From an uncultured Bacteroides sp. (GTDB taxonomy: Bacteria > Bacteroidota > Bacteroidia > Bacteroidales > SM23-62): DNA of 50,879 bases. The position numbers and the translations under genes are program-made. The DNA is taken from the NCBI GenBank assembly GCA_964527875.1, contig CAZGOR010000002.1, positions 1-50,879 of the forward strand, written 5' to 3'. The notes under the pieces were generated by a model. It was given only the letters and a program-made list of their open reading frames with translations. It did not search any database and was not told the origin of the DNA. This document shows positions 9,451 through 18,918 of this stretch, piece after piece. The stretch's first letter is position 1. The number at the start of each line of letters is the position of its first letter.

Positions 9451-12048
9451 ATGGATGAACTAGTCTCAAAGAAAAACTCCGGTATTATCGTGAATAAAAC
9501 GAAAGACAAAAAAAATTCAACTGAATCTTCACCGGAAAGGAAAATATATTCTTATGAAGAAGCTTTTGAGGCTACAAGAAAATACTTTCATGGAGATGAA
9601 CTGGCCGCCACTGTATGGATCAATAAATACGCGTTAAAAGATTCAATTGGGAGGATTTATGAGCTTACACCTGATGACATGCATCGCAGGATTGCCCGTG
9701 AAATTGCCAGGATAGAAAATAAATATCCCAATCCACTTTCTGAAGATGAAATATTTGAACTCATCAGGGATTTCAAATACATTGTTCCCCAGGGGTCACC
9801 CATGACTGGCATTGGCAATGATTTTCAGATTGCCTCCCTGTCAAATTGTTTTGTCATTGGTCATGAAGGATCTGCTGATTCATATGGCGGGATTCTTAAA
9901 ATCGATCAGGAACAGGTTCAGCTCATGAAAAGGAGAGGAGGCGTCGGCCATGATCTTTCTTATATTCGTCCCAAAGGCAGTCCTGTCCTGAACAGTGCAC
10001 TCACATCAACCGGTATTGTACCCTTCATGGAGAGATATTCAAATTCCACCCGGGAAGTGGCTCAGGATGGACGTAGAGGAGCGTTGATGATGAGCATATC
10101 CATCAAACATCCGGATGCAGAGGAATTCATTGATGCCAAAATGGAAAAGGGTAAAGTTACCGGTGCAAATTTGTCAGTCAAGATTGACGATGAATTCATG
10201 CAGGCTATAATGAAAAATAAGCCATATACCCAACAATACCCGATAGATTCCGATAAACCGATATATACCAAGGTAATCGATGCACGGAGCCTGTGGAATA
10301 AAATTATTCACAATGCCTGGAAATCAGCGGAACCCGGTGTTCTTTTCTGGGATACACTCACCCGGGAGTCTGTAGCGGATTGTTACGCTGATCTGGGCTT
10401 CGAAACCGCATCAACCAATCCATGTGGGGAAATACCCCTTTGCCCGTATGATAGCTGCCGCCTGCTGGCTATAAATCTTTACAGCTATGTCGAAAAGCCT
10501 TTTGAGACTGATGTCAGGTTTGATTTCGACCTCTTCAAAAAACATGTAAGACTGGCTCAGCGTTTGATGGACGATATCATTGACCTTGAGCAGGAAAAAA
10601 TTGATGCCATTCTTGAAAAGATTAACACTGATCCTGAAGAGGAAGAATTAAAACGTGCAGAACGTCTTTTATGGGAAAAGATAAAGACCAGGACCATGCA
10701 AGGTCGTCGCACCGGCGTGGGTATTACAGGTGAAGGAGATATGCTGGCTGCTCTCGGTTTACGTTATGGTAGTGAAAATGCTATTGATTTTTCGGCGGAG
10801 GTGCATAAAACTATGGCACTGGAAGCTTACAGATCCAGCACAATGATGGCCAGAGAACGTGGTTCCTTCCCGATATATGATCCCGACCGTGAAAAAAATA
10901 ATCCTTTCCTGCTGAGACTCAAAGAAGAAGATGAGAAATTATACAGGGACATAGTCAAATATGGCCGGCGCAACATATCATTGTTAACCATCGCACCTAC
11001 CGGTACAACAAGCCTGATGACCCAGACAACATCCGGTATTGAGCCGGTTTTCCTGCCTATTTATAAACGCAGAAGAAAAGTCAACCCGAATGATTCAACC
11101 ACCACAATAACTTTTGTCGATGATGTTGGTGACAGCTGGGAAGAATATAATGTGTTCCATCACCAATTTGAAACATGGTTAAAAGTAAACGGTTACAATC
11201 TTGAAGAAGTAAAAAAACTGGATGATAATGATATCCGGAAAATAGTGAAAAAATCGCCTTATTACGGGGCTACTTCCAATGATGTTGATTGGGTGGCTAA
11301 AGTAAAAATGCAGGGTGATATCCAGAAATGGGTTGACCATTCCATCAGTGTCACCATCAACCTGCCAAGGGACGTGAGTGAAGAACTTGTCAGTGAACTT
11401 TATATGACCGCCTGGAACTGCGGCTGTAAAGGTTGTACCATTTACCGTGACGGATCGAGGGCTGGTGTTCTGGTTTCAAATAACAACGATGATGCGCCAA
11501 CAAAGTACAAAAGGCCAAAAATACTCGAAGCAGAGATTATCCGCTTTAAAAATAACGATGAAAGCTGGATTGCTTTTGTCGGGCTTAAGAACGGAAGGCC
11601 TTATGAAATCTTTACAGGTCTGGAAGACGAAGAAATGTTCCCGATTCCAAAATCAATCAAAAAGGGATATATCATCAAAAACAAGGAAGAAAACGGTACT
11701 TCACGGTATGATTTTCAGTATACAGATAAATACGGTTATAAAAATACCCTGGGAGGATTATCGCATATTTTCAATCCGGAATTCTGGAATTATGCCAAGC
11801 TCATCTCAGGTGTCTTGCGCCATGGGATGCCACTGCTGAATGTGGTCAACCTGGTATCTTCATTAAGATTCCACAGCGATACGATCAATACATGGAAAGC
11901 AGGCGTTGAAAGGGCACTGAAAAAATATATCCCGGACGGTACAAAAGCCAAATCGGGCCAACGATGCCAGGAGTGCGGATCAAGTAATCTCGTTTACCAG
12001 GAAGGCTGCCTGATCTGTTCAAATTGCGGATCGTCAAGATGCGGATAA
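9451..12048 (+). CDS. nrdJ: adenosylcobalamin-dependent (class II) ribonucleotide reductase
   Basis: 865 aa. Active-site TNPCGEIPL, IAPTGTTS, and a C-terminal CxxC...CxxC zinc-ribbon tail. Confidence 0.93.
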   Translation: MDELVSKKNSGIIVNKTKDKKNSTESSPERKIYSYEEAFEATRKYFHGDELAATVWINKYALKDSIGRIYELTPDDMHRRIAREIARIENKYPNPLSEDEIFELIRDFKYIVPQGSPMTGIGNDFQIASLSNCFVIGHEGSADSYGGILKIDQEQVQLMKRRGGVGHDLSYIRPKGSPVLNSALTSTGIVPFMERYSNSTREVAQDGRRGALMMSISIKHPDAEEFIDAKMEKGKVTGANLSVKIDDEFMQAIMKNKPYTQQYPIDSDKPIYTKVIDARSLWNKIIHNAWKSAEPGVLFWDTLTRESVADCYADLGFETASTNPCGEIPLCPYDSCRLLAINLYSYVEKPFETDVRFDFDLFKKHVRLAQRLMDDIIDLEQEKIDAILEKINTDPEEEELKRAERLLWEKIKTRTMQGRRTGVGITGEGDMLAALGLRYGSENAIDFSAEVHKTMALEAYRSSTMMARERGSFPIYDPDREKNNPFLLRLKEEDEKLYRDIVKYGRRNISLLTIAPTGTTSLMTQTTSGIEPVFLPIYKRRRKVNPNDSTTTITFVDDVGDSWEEYNVFHHQFETWLKVNGYNLEEVKKLDDNDIRKIVKKSPYYGATSNDVDWVAKVKMQGDIQKWVDHSISVTINLPRDVSEELVSELYMTAWNCGCKGCTIYRDGSRAGVLVSNNNDDAPTKYKRPKILEAEIIRFKNNDESWIAFVGLKNGRPYEIFTGLEDEEMFPIPKSIKKGYIIKNKEENGTSRYDFQYTDKYGYKNTLGGLSHIFNPEFWNYAKLISGVLRHGMPLLNVVNLVSSLRFHSDTINTWKAGVERALKKYIPDGTKAKSGQRCQECGSSNLVYQEGCLICSNCGSSRCG

Positions 12049-12054
12049 GTTAAG

Positions 12055-12148
12055 AAATGCTTCAAATGTGCCAAATGCTCTTAAATGCCTTAAAAATAAT
12101 ATTTTAAAATTTGAGGCACTTGATAGCATTTGAGGCATTTAAGGCATT
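12055..12148. repeat. AAATGC-word inverted repeat between convergent nrdJ and kbl (probable bidirectional terminator)
   Basis: AAATGCTTCAAATGTGCCAAATGCTCTTAAATGCCTT ... AAGGCATTT-type complements on the other side of an AT loop. Confidence 0.6.
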
Positions 12149-13336
12149 TTATAACACTTTTAACTCTTTCCCAACCTTCTTAAACGCAGCTATCGCTTTA
12201 TCAAGATGTTCCTTCCCGTGCGCAGCAGAGAGCTGTACCCTGATCCTTGCTTCACCCTGCGGTACCACAGGATAGTAAAAACCAATAACATATATTCCTT
12301 CATTCAGCAGTTTTGCCGCAAAATCCTGTGAAAGCCCGGCATCGTAAAGCATAATGGGAATAATTGCCGATTGTGTGGGCTTTAAATCGAATCCGGCAGC
12401 TTTCATTTCCCCGAAGAAATAATCCGTGTTCCAGTGTAATTTATCCTGCAGCTCAGGGGTCTCACTCATCATATCCAACATTCTGATACCTGAAGCAACA
12501 ATAGAGGGAGGCAGGGAATTGGAAAAAAGATATGGCCGTGAGCGTTGCCTGAGTAAATCTATGATCTCCTGCCGACCTGTGGTAAATCCTCCTATAGCTC
12601 CCCCAAAAGCCTTGCCAAGTGTTCCTGTTATAATATCCACTTCTCCCCTGATATTAAACAATTCTGTAACTCCTCTTCCGGTCTTTCCAATTACCCCCGC
12701 TGAGTGAGCTTCATCGACCATGACCAATGCATCATATTTTTCCCCCAGTTCAACAATCTTGTCCACAGGAGCAACATTGCCATCCATAGAAAATACAGCG
12801 TCTGTCACAATGATGCGGAATCGCTGTGCCTGTGCTTTTTTCAGCTGTTCTTCAAGGTCTTTCACATCTGCATTGGCAAACCTGTATCGCTGAGCTTTGC
12901 ATAACCTGACACCATCAATGATAGATGCATGGTTCAATGAATCTGAAATAATAGCATCCTGATCAGTCAACAACGGCTCAAAAACACCTCCGTTGGCATC
13001 AAAACAGGCAGCATATAAAATTGTATCATCAACACCGAAGAACTCAGCAATTTTTTTCTCGAGTGTGACATGCAGGTCCTGGGTTCCACAAATAAACCTG
13101 ACCGAAGACATACCGAATCCATGGGAATCCAATGCTTCCTTAGCAGCAAGAATGAGTTCAGGATGGTTCGAAAGACCAAGGTAATTATTGGCACAAAAAT
13201 TCAGCACCTCTTCTCCTGATTCCAAATTTATTACTGCATCCTGTGCAGAAGTAATTATTCTTTCCCGTTTATACAAACCAGCCTCATCGATAGTTTTAAG
13301 TTCCTGCTGAAGATGTTCTTTGATTTTTCCGTACAT
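12149..13336 (-). CDS. kbl: glycine C-acetyltransferase (2-amino-3-ketobutyrate CoA ligase)
   Basis: 395 aa. PLP class II fold with FSMDG...TLGKA lysine context. Sits immediately downstream of an SDR-type threonine dehydrogenase. Confidence 0.93.
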   Translation of the reverse strand: MYGKIKEHLQQELKTIDEAGLYKRERIITSAQDAVINLESGEEVLNFCANNYLGLSNHPELILAAKEALDSHGFGMSSVRFICGTQDLHVTLEKKIAEFFGVDDTILYAACFDANGGVFEPLLTDQDAIISDSLNHASIIDGVRLCKAQRYRFANADVKDLEEQLKKAQAQRFRIIVTDAVFSMDGNVAPVDKIVELGEKYDALVMVDEAHSAGVIGKTGRGVTELFNIRGEVDIITGTLGKAFGGAIGGFTTGRQEIIDLLRQRSRPYLFSNSLPPSIVASGIRMLDMMSETPELQDKLHWNTDYFFGEMKAAGFDLKPTQSAIIPIMLYDAGLSQDFAAKLLNEGIYVIGFYYPVVPQGEARIRVQLSAAHGKEHLDKAIAAFKKVGKELKVL

Positions 13337-13393
13337 GATATTATTAAAAATGAACGTGTTTTACTATTAAAGACAATAATATTTAAATCAGTT

Positions 13394-13427
13394 TTATATA
13401 TAGCCGCCCCGGGCGGCTATATATAAA
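13394..13427. repeat. GC-cored palindrome between tdh and kbl
   Basis: TTATATATAGCCGCCCCGGGCGGCTATATATAA. No adjacent U-tract on the transcribed (minus) strand. Confidence 0.85.
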
Positions 13428-13621
13428 AATTTCATATTTAACAACTTATATTATTCAATAGCACAACAAAATAAAATTGATTTATTATTAATGATTTATT
13501 GATTGATGAAGCAATATAAAAAATCTATAATCGTTAATCTTCATTCTTCATTCAAATGAACTTTATCATTTTCTGTGCTAGATAATCCGGCAAATTACTC
13601 ATTCCCGATAAAAGAAAGTAC

Positions 13622-14587
13622 TTACTTCAACACTCTCATATTCAATTTCTTATTAATCTCCTCAAGCATAATAGTTGTAATCTTTGGAAGATCAAACTCA
13701 TACGAAAATCCCCAATCTCTTCGCGAAACGGAATCATCAATGCTCTGCGGCCACGAATCGGCAATCACCTGACGAAAATCAGGTTTATATGAAATTGAAA
13801 AATCCTGAATATGTTTTTTAATTTCCTTCGCAAGATCTGCCGGTGTAACGCTGAATCCCCCAAGGTTGTAACTACCGTGTACCGTCAGTTTTTTCCTGTC
13901 TGCTTCCATTAAATCTATGGTTGCTTTTATAGCATCAGGCATGAAAAGTAATGGAATAGCCGTATCCTCAGACAGGAAACATTCATATTTTCCCTTTCTA
14001 ACAGCATCATAATAGATTTCCACTGCATAATCAGTTGTACCTCCGCCAGCTTCAGTTTTAAAACTTATCAATCCCGGATACCTGATACTCCGGATGTCAA
14101 GGTTATATCTTTCATGATAATACTCACACCATCTCTCACCTGCAAGTTTGCTGATACCATATACTGTTGACGGCTCCATCACAGTTAATTGTGGTGTATT
14201 TATTTTTGGTGTGGTTGGACCAAAAACAGCAAGTGAGCTCGGCCAAAAAACTTTTTTTACTTCTTCAACCATCCTGGCCACCTCGATGATATTCATCAGG
14301 GATTCTATATTGATATGCCATGCCTGGAGAGGAAGCTTTTCTGCATTCCCCGACAATACTGCTGCGAGGTGATAGACCTGGGTGATCTTATGACGGATCA
14401 CAAAGTGTATAAGCCGCTTGTCGTCCATCACATCCATCAGTTGAAACGGACCCCCTTCCATAATATCTTTCGAAGCTTCCTTGATATCCGTTGCATATAC
14501 ATGGTCACTGCCATATATTTTCCTCAATTCCCCTGTCAACTCTGAACCTATCTGGCCGGCAGCACCAATGATCAGTATGTTATCCAT
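13622..14587 (-). CDS. tdh: L-threonine 3-dehydrogenase, NAD-dependent epimerase/dehydratase (extended SDR) type
   Basis: 321 aa. N-terminal IIGAAGQIGSEL Rossmann motif and YGISK catalytic motif. Synteny with kbl. Confidence 0.85.
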   Translation of the reverse strand: MDNILIIGAAGQIGSELTGELRKIYGSDHVYATDIKEASKDIMEGGPFQLMDVMDDKRLIHFVIRHKITQVYHLAAVLSGNAEKLPLQAWHINIESLMNIIEVARMVEEVKKVFWPSSLAVFGPTTPKINTPQLTVMEPSTVYGISKLAGERWCEYYHERYNLDIRSIRYPGLISFKTEAGGGTTDYAVEIYYDAVRKGKYECFLSEDTAIPLLFMPDAIKATIDLMEADRKKLTVHGSYNLGGFSVTPADLAKEIKKHIQDFSISYKPDFRQVIADSWPQSIDDSVSRRDWGFSYEFDLPKITTIMLEEINKKLNMRVLK

Positions 14588-14656
14588 ATGTATAAATAAT
14601 ATACCCTAAAACTACGAAAATAAGACATTCAATGTAAGTAGAAAATGATAAAGAAC

Positions 14657-14696
14657 ATACATGATACCGGATGTCATGACATCCGGTATCATGTAT
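14657..14696. repeat. perfect 40-bp palindrome (20-bp arms)
   Basis: ATACATGATACCGGATGTCA|TGACATCCGGTATCATGTAT, checked base by base. Lies in the divergent region between tdh and the 1187-codon ORF. Confidence 0.95.
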
Positions 14697-14746
14697 CGAA
14701 TTATAATAAGTTCATTATATTTCAGTTTTTAGTAAAAAGTCCACGG

Positions 14747-17700
14747 TTGAAGAAAGAATTCCTGATCATCCTGTTTATCTTTTATTTCCTGAATGATTTT
14801 GCCCAGGATCTCAGCAATATCAGGACAAGGGAAATTGTGCTTGATGGTGATTCAGTTGTTTTTGACACAATCAGTATAGTACCAGGTTCCGTGTTCCTTT
14901 TTGATCTTAAACACCATGCTATACCCGATTCACTGTATTCCATCGATTATCCTGATCCCGTGCTCAGATATCATCCTTCTCTGGCAGGGAACGAAATAAT
15001 ACTATCTTACCGGGCTTTTCCTGTTTATTTTTCAAAACCTTATTATCACAAAGATACAGCATTGATCAATACCTATTCCAGACAGGGTTATGATCCTTTC
15101 CGGATCCCCGGATCGGAACTCAGATCGGATGGTTATTACAATTACAGCAATATCAATAAACGTGGCAGTATTGCCAGGGGTATTACTTTTGGGAATAACC
15201 AGGATGTGGTGGTTAACTCGAATCTGAATCTCCAGCTTTCAGGAAACATCTCCGATGATCTCAGAATCGTAGCGGCCATCTCAGACAATAACATACCCAT
15301 TCAACCTGATGGTTCATCCCAGCAGATCCATGAATTTGACAGGGTTTATATTGATATATATAATGACCGGTTGAGCCTTCTTACAGGAGACTATGACCTG
15401 CACGGTTCACCGGGCCATTTCATGAAATTTTATAAAAAAGGGAAAGGCATCCGTTTTACCGGCAATTTTATGCTGAACCAGCAAGAAACAGTAAGTCTAC
15501 GGACTACGCTGAGCGGAGCTATATCAAAAGGTAAAGTATGCAGGAATTCTTTTACCGGAACAGAAGGCAACCAGGGTCCATATAAGCTGAGAGGATGTGA
15601 TAATGAACAGTTTATTATCCTGCTCGCAGGGACCGAGAGGGTATATATCGACGGAAAATTAATGATGAGAGGCCTCGAGAACGATTATGTCATTGATTAT
15701 AATAATGCTGAAATAACCTTTACATCTAACCAGCTGATCACAAAAGATAAAAGGATCATTGTGGAATTTGAGTATTCAGAAAAAAATTATACCAGGTTTC
15801 TCCTTTATAGCAGTAACGAGTTTTTAACCAAAAAAGGGAATTTCTGGATCAACGTTTATTCTGAACATGATGATAAAAACCAGGCATTACAGCTGGACCT
15901 TAACGAAGATGATAAAAAAATACTTGGTGTGATTGGTGACCAGTTGGATAAAGCCATGGTTCAGAGAATAGACAGTGTAGGTTATAATAATTCAGAAGTA
16001 CTATATAAAAAGATTGATACGCTTATCTCCGGCACGTTATACAAAGATATATACATATATTCCACACATCCCGACAGTGCAGTTTACCGGTTGGGATTCA
16101 GCTATGTTGGTGAAGGTAACGGGAATTACCAGCCGGCTCTCACATCAGCGAATGGGAAAGTCTATCAATGGATCGCTCCCGAAAATGGTAGTTCCCGCGG
16201 AAGCTATCAACCTGTTGTTTTACTTGTTACACCGAAAAAGAAGCAGGTCCTTTCCTTTGGGGGCAGGACTTCATTAACCAACTCCGCATCATCCCTGTTT
16301 GAATTTTCCCTGACTAACAATGACCTGAACACTTTTTCTGATCTTGACCGGGGAGATAATGTCGGATTTGCATTTAAAGGTGGAATCATCCAGGATCTTA
16401 TTACCCGTGATACCAGCACGGCACGGATAAGGATTTCCGGTAATTACCAGTTCACAAACAGGTATTTTGATCCTATTGAAAGGTTTCGTCCTGTCGAATA
16501 TGAACGTGACTGGAACCTGGTTCAAAGACACTCCGGAACGAATGAACACCTGGCTGATGCAAACATCGGTCTATTCAAAAAAAATCTTGGACAAGCTTCA
16601 TTCAAATCCGAATTCCTGAATCGCGATCATCGTTACAATGGATTACGAAATAATCTTCAGGGAACACTTTCAATAAAGGGTTTCACCCTCCGGCTTAACG
16701 GAAGTATGATGAACTCAAATGATTCTCTTTTTACCACCAACTTTTTAAAACACCAGGTCCTTCTTTCGAAACAATTCAGATCCGTTGTATTGGGTGTGCG
16801 CGAAGAAGCAGAACAAAACCGGTGGCGTGATCAGGACTCCGACTCACTTATAAATAACAGCTTCAGTTATCAGCAATACGAAGTATTTGTTACAAGTCAT
16901 GATACCGTAAAGAATAAGCTTCTGATAAATTACCGTAACAGAAGAGATTGGTTACCTGCAAACGACATGCTTCGCCTTGCAACCATGGGTAATGATCTCA
17001 GTATCGGATTACGGCTTGATGCAAATCCCGGCAACAGACTGAATGTACTATTCACCTACCGCTCACTTCAGGTGAAAGATACTTCCTTAACAGGACCCCA
17101 GGCAGATAAATCTTTGCTCGGTCGGCTGGAACATAACCTCACAGCCTTCAAGGGTATATTAACCACATCTACTTTCTATGAAATTGGTTCAGGACTTGAA
17201 TCCAAAAAAGAACTCACTTACCTGGAAGTTGCTCCCGGACAGGGAGTTTATTCCTGGAATGATTATAACGAAAATAATGTAAAAGAGCTAGATGAATTTG
17301 AAATAGCAACATTTCAGGATCAGGCCCGCTATATCAGAATTTTTACCCCAACCGACGCCTTTATCAATGTCTACACAAATCAGTTCAACCAGGCAATCCG
17401 TTTTGAGCCTGCCAGGTTCTGGCGGGACAAAACAGGATTCAGATCAGTGATGGCAATGTTTTCCGATCAGTTCGGTTACAGGATAGACAGGAAAAACACA
17501 ACTAAAAACCTTCTGAGTAATATTAATCCGTTTGACATGAACCTGAACAGTCCCGATTTGATTACAATATCCACATCCGTAAGAAATTATCTTTCATTCA
17601 ATAAAACCAACCGTAAATTTGGTATTGATTATATATTTCAGAAAAACGTAAGCAGGTTCTTACTGGCAAATGGATTTGATACAAGGTCTCTGGTTTCAAA

Positions 17701-18208
17701 TGGTTTGAGAATCAGATTATCTGCAGGTGATGATCTCATATTGATCAACCAGTCGGATGCAGGTCATAAAAGTTTTAAATCAGAATTTTTCACCTTAAAG
17801 AATTTTGATATTTCCTTTGCGAAAAGTGATTTCTCCCTCCAATATCAGCCGGGTATCTTTTTCCGGATCATCACAAATTATATTTTTTCAGATGAAATAA
17901 ATGGTCCTGACGGGGAGCATGCCAGCAAACACGATATGGGTATTGAAATCAGATATAACATTCTAAAAAAAGGAAACCTGACAGGCAAATTTAATTATAT
18001 CAATGTGACCTATAATCAGGACCCGTATACACCTGTAGCTTATGAGATGCTTCAGGGCCTTCAGCCCGGTCATAACGGTATATGGTCATTATTGTTTCAG
18101 AGAACCCTTTCCGGTGGAGTTGAATTAAATCTTGAATATTCAGGAAGAGTCATTGAGAACCAAAAGGTTGTTCATCTTGGCAGTATGCAGGTGAGATGGA
18201 ATTTCTAG
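14747..18208 (+). CDS. large conserved-looking outer-membrane/secreted protein of unknown function
   Basis: Single 3.5-kb frame, rich in alternating beta-strand-like segments and ending in an aromatic residue (VRWNF). I prefer the in-frame TTG at 14747, which gives MKKEFLIILFIFYFLNDFAQ, a signal peptide. The ATG at 14645 would force translation through the 40-bp palindrome. Confidence 0.7.
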   Translation: MKKEFLIILFIFYFLNDFAQDLSNIRTREIVLDGDSVVFDTISIVPGSVFLFDLKHHAIPDSLYSIDYPDPVLRYHPSLAGNEIILSYRAFPVYFSKPYYHKDTALINTYSRQGYDPFRIPGSELRSDGYYNYSNINKRGSIARGITFGNNQDVVVNSNLNLQLSGNISDDLRIVAAISDNNIPIQPDGSSQQIHEFDRVYIDIYNDRLSLLTGDYDLHGSPGHFMKFYKKGKGIRFTGNFMLNQQETVSLRTTLSGAISKGKVCRNSFTGTEGNQGPYKLRGCDNEQFIILLAGTERVYIDGKLMMRGLENDYVIDYNNAEITFTSNQLITKDKRIIVEFEYSEKNYTRFLLYSSNEFLTKKGNFWINVYSEHDDKNQALQLDLNEDDKKILGVIGDQLDKAMVQRIDSVGYNNSEVLYKKIDTLISGTLYKDIYIYSTHPDSAVYRLGFSYVGEGNGNYQPALTSANGKVYQWIAPENGSSRGSYQPVVLLVTPKKKQVLSFGGRTSLTNSASSLFEFSLTNNDLNTFSDLDRGDNVGFAFKGGIIQDLITRDTSTARIRISGNYQFTNRYFDPIERFRPVEYERDWNLVQRHSGTNEHLADANIGLFKKNLGQASFKSEFLNRDHRYNGLRNNLQGTLSIKGFTLRLNGSMMNSNDSLFTTNFLKHQVLLSKQFRSVVLGVREEAEQNRWRDQDSDSLINNSFSYQQYEVFVTSHDTVKNKLLINYRNRRDWLPANDMLRLATMGNDLSIGLRLDANPGNRLNVLFTYRSLQVKDTSLTGPQADKSLLGRLEHNLTAFKGILTTSTFYEIGSGLESKKELTYLEVAPGQGVYSWNDYNENNVKELDEFEIATFQDQARYIRIFTPTDAFINVYTNQFNQAIRFEPARFWRDKTGFRSVMAMFSDQFGYRIDRKNTTKNLLSNINPFDMNLNSPDLITISTSVRNYLSFNKTNRKFGIDYIFQKNVSRFLLANGFDTRSLVSNGLRIRLSAGDDLILINQSDAGHKSFKSEFFTLKNFDISFAKSDFSLQYQPGIFFRIITNYIFSDEINGPDGEHASKHDMGIEIRYNILKKGNLTGKFNYINVTYNQDPYTPVAYEMLQGLQPGHNGIWSLLFQRTLSGGVELNLEYSGRVIENQKVVHLGSMQVRWNF

Positions 18209-18233
18209 TATAAAGGCAAAAGTAAAAAGTATT

Positions 18234-18362
18234 AACGTGTTGTGCGATTAAATCGACGATATTGATAATTAGGAATTTGTAGAGCCGCGTCCCGAGTACT
18301 CGGGCTCTACAAAAAAATTCTATAATTCAATCACTTAGTTCTTTCAATCGCACAACGCGTTG
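18234..18362 (+). repeat. MITE-like ~130-bp dispersed repeat, copy 1
   Basis: Termini AACGTGTTGTGCGATT ... AATCGCACAACGCGTT are inverted. Subterminal blocks TAAATCGACGATATTG and ATTCAATCACTTAGTTCTTTCAATC are shared with 25447-25580. The internal hairpin is GTAGAGCC...GGCTCTAC. Confidence 0.85.
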
Positions 18363-18366
18363 ATTA

Positions 18367-18912
18367 TTAATTATCAAATATTCTGCTGCCATCCGGCTGG
18401 TATTGATAATCGACAGTAACATTCACATAATCAGCAACCGGATTATCTTTCATAAGTACTATCTTCTTAATCAGCAATTTAGCATATTTCTTGTTAATTG
18501 TTTGGATGGTCCAAACCTGGTTCATCTGAACCGAATCTGCCAGGGGTAAATAAACGGATTCAGGTGCTTCAGAATAGCTGTCAAACCATGTTCTTGCTTC
18601 ATTTGCACTGCTGAGTGTCTGATTCAGGTAAAAGGCATCCTGATTCTTTGGACTTGTAAAGGTAACGATAAGATTATCTTCCAGATCTAAAAGATGTGTC
18701 ACAACCAGATCGGGTATGACATCTGTTGTGATTGGATAGGGAACATTTTTCCCTTTTTCAAATGAAAATCCAACAGTATTGTATATCTCTCCCATTTTAA
18801 CCTTTTCGGAAGAAAGGATGATCTCTCCTTCATACTCCGGTTCATTTCCATTTTTTGAACAGGATGTAATGATTACAGCCGATACAATCAGATAACAGTA
18901 AACTTTTTTCAT
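18367..18912 (-). CDS. hypothetical lipoprotein
   Basis: 181 aa. Signal plus lipobox VIITSCS. Confidence 0.65.
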   Translation of the reverse strand: MKKVYCYLIVSAVIITSCSKNGNEPEYEGEIILSSEKVKMGEIYNTVGFSFEKGKNVPYPITTDVIPDLVVTHLLDLEDNLIVTFTSPKNQDAFYLNQTLSSANEARTWFDSYSEAPESVYLPLADSVQMNQVWTIQTINKKYAKLLIKKIVLMKDNPVADYVNVTVDYQYQPDGSRIFDN

Positions 18913-18918
18913 GACGAA

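Noticed and set aside
14645-14746. ATG start at 14645 for the 1187-codon ORF
   Set aside because: It would encode the perfect 40-bp palindrome and place the hydrophobic signal segment ~35 residues in. The in-frame TTG at 14747 gives a canonical signal peptide. The ATG start is not excluded, only less likely.
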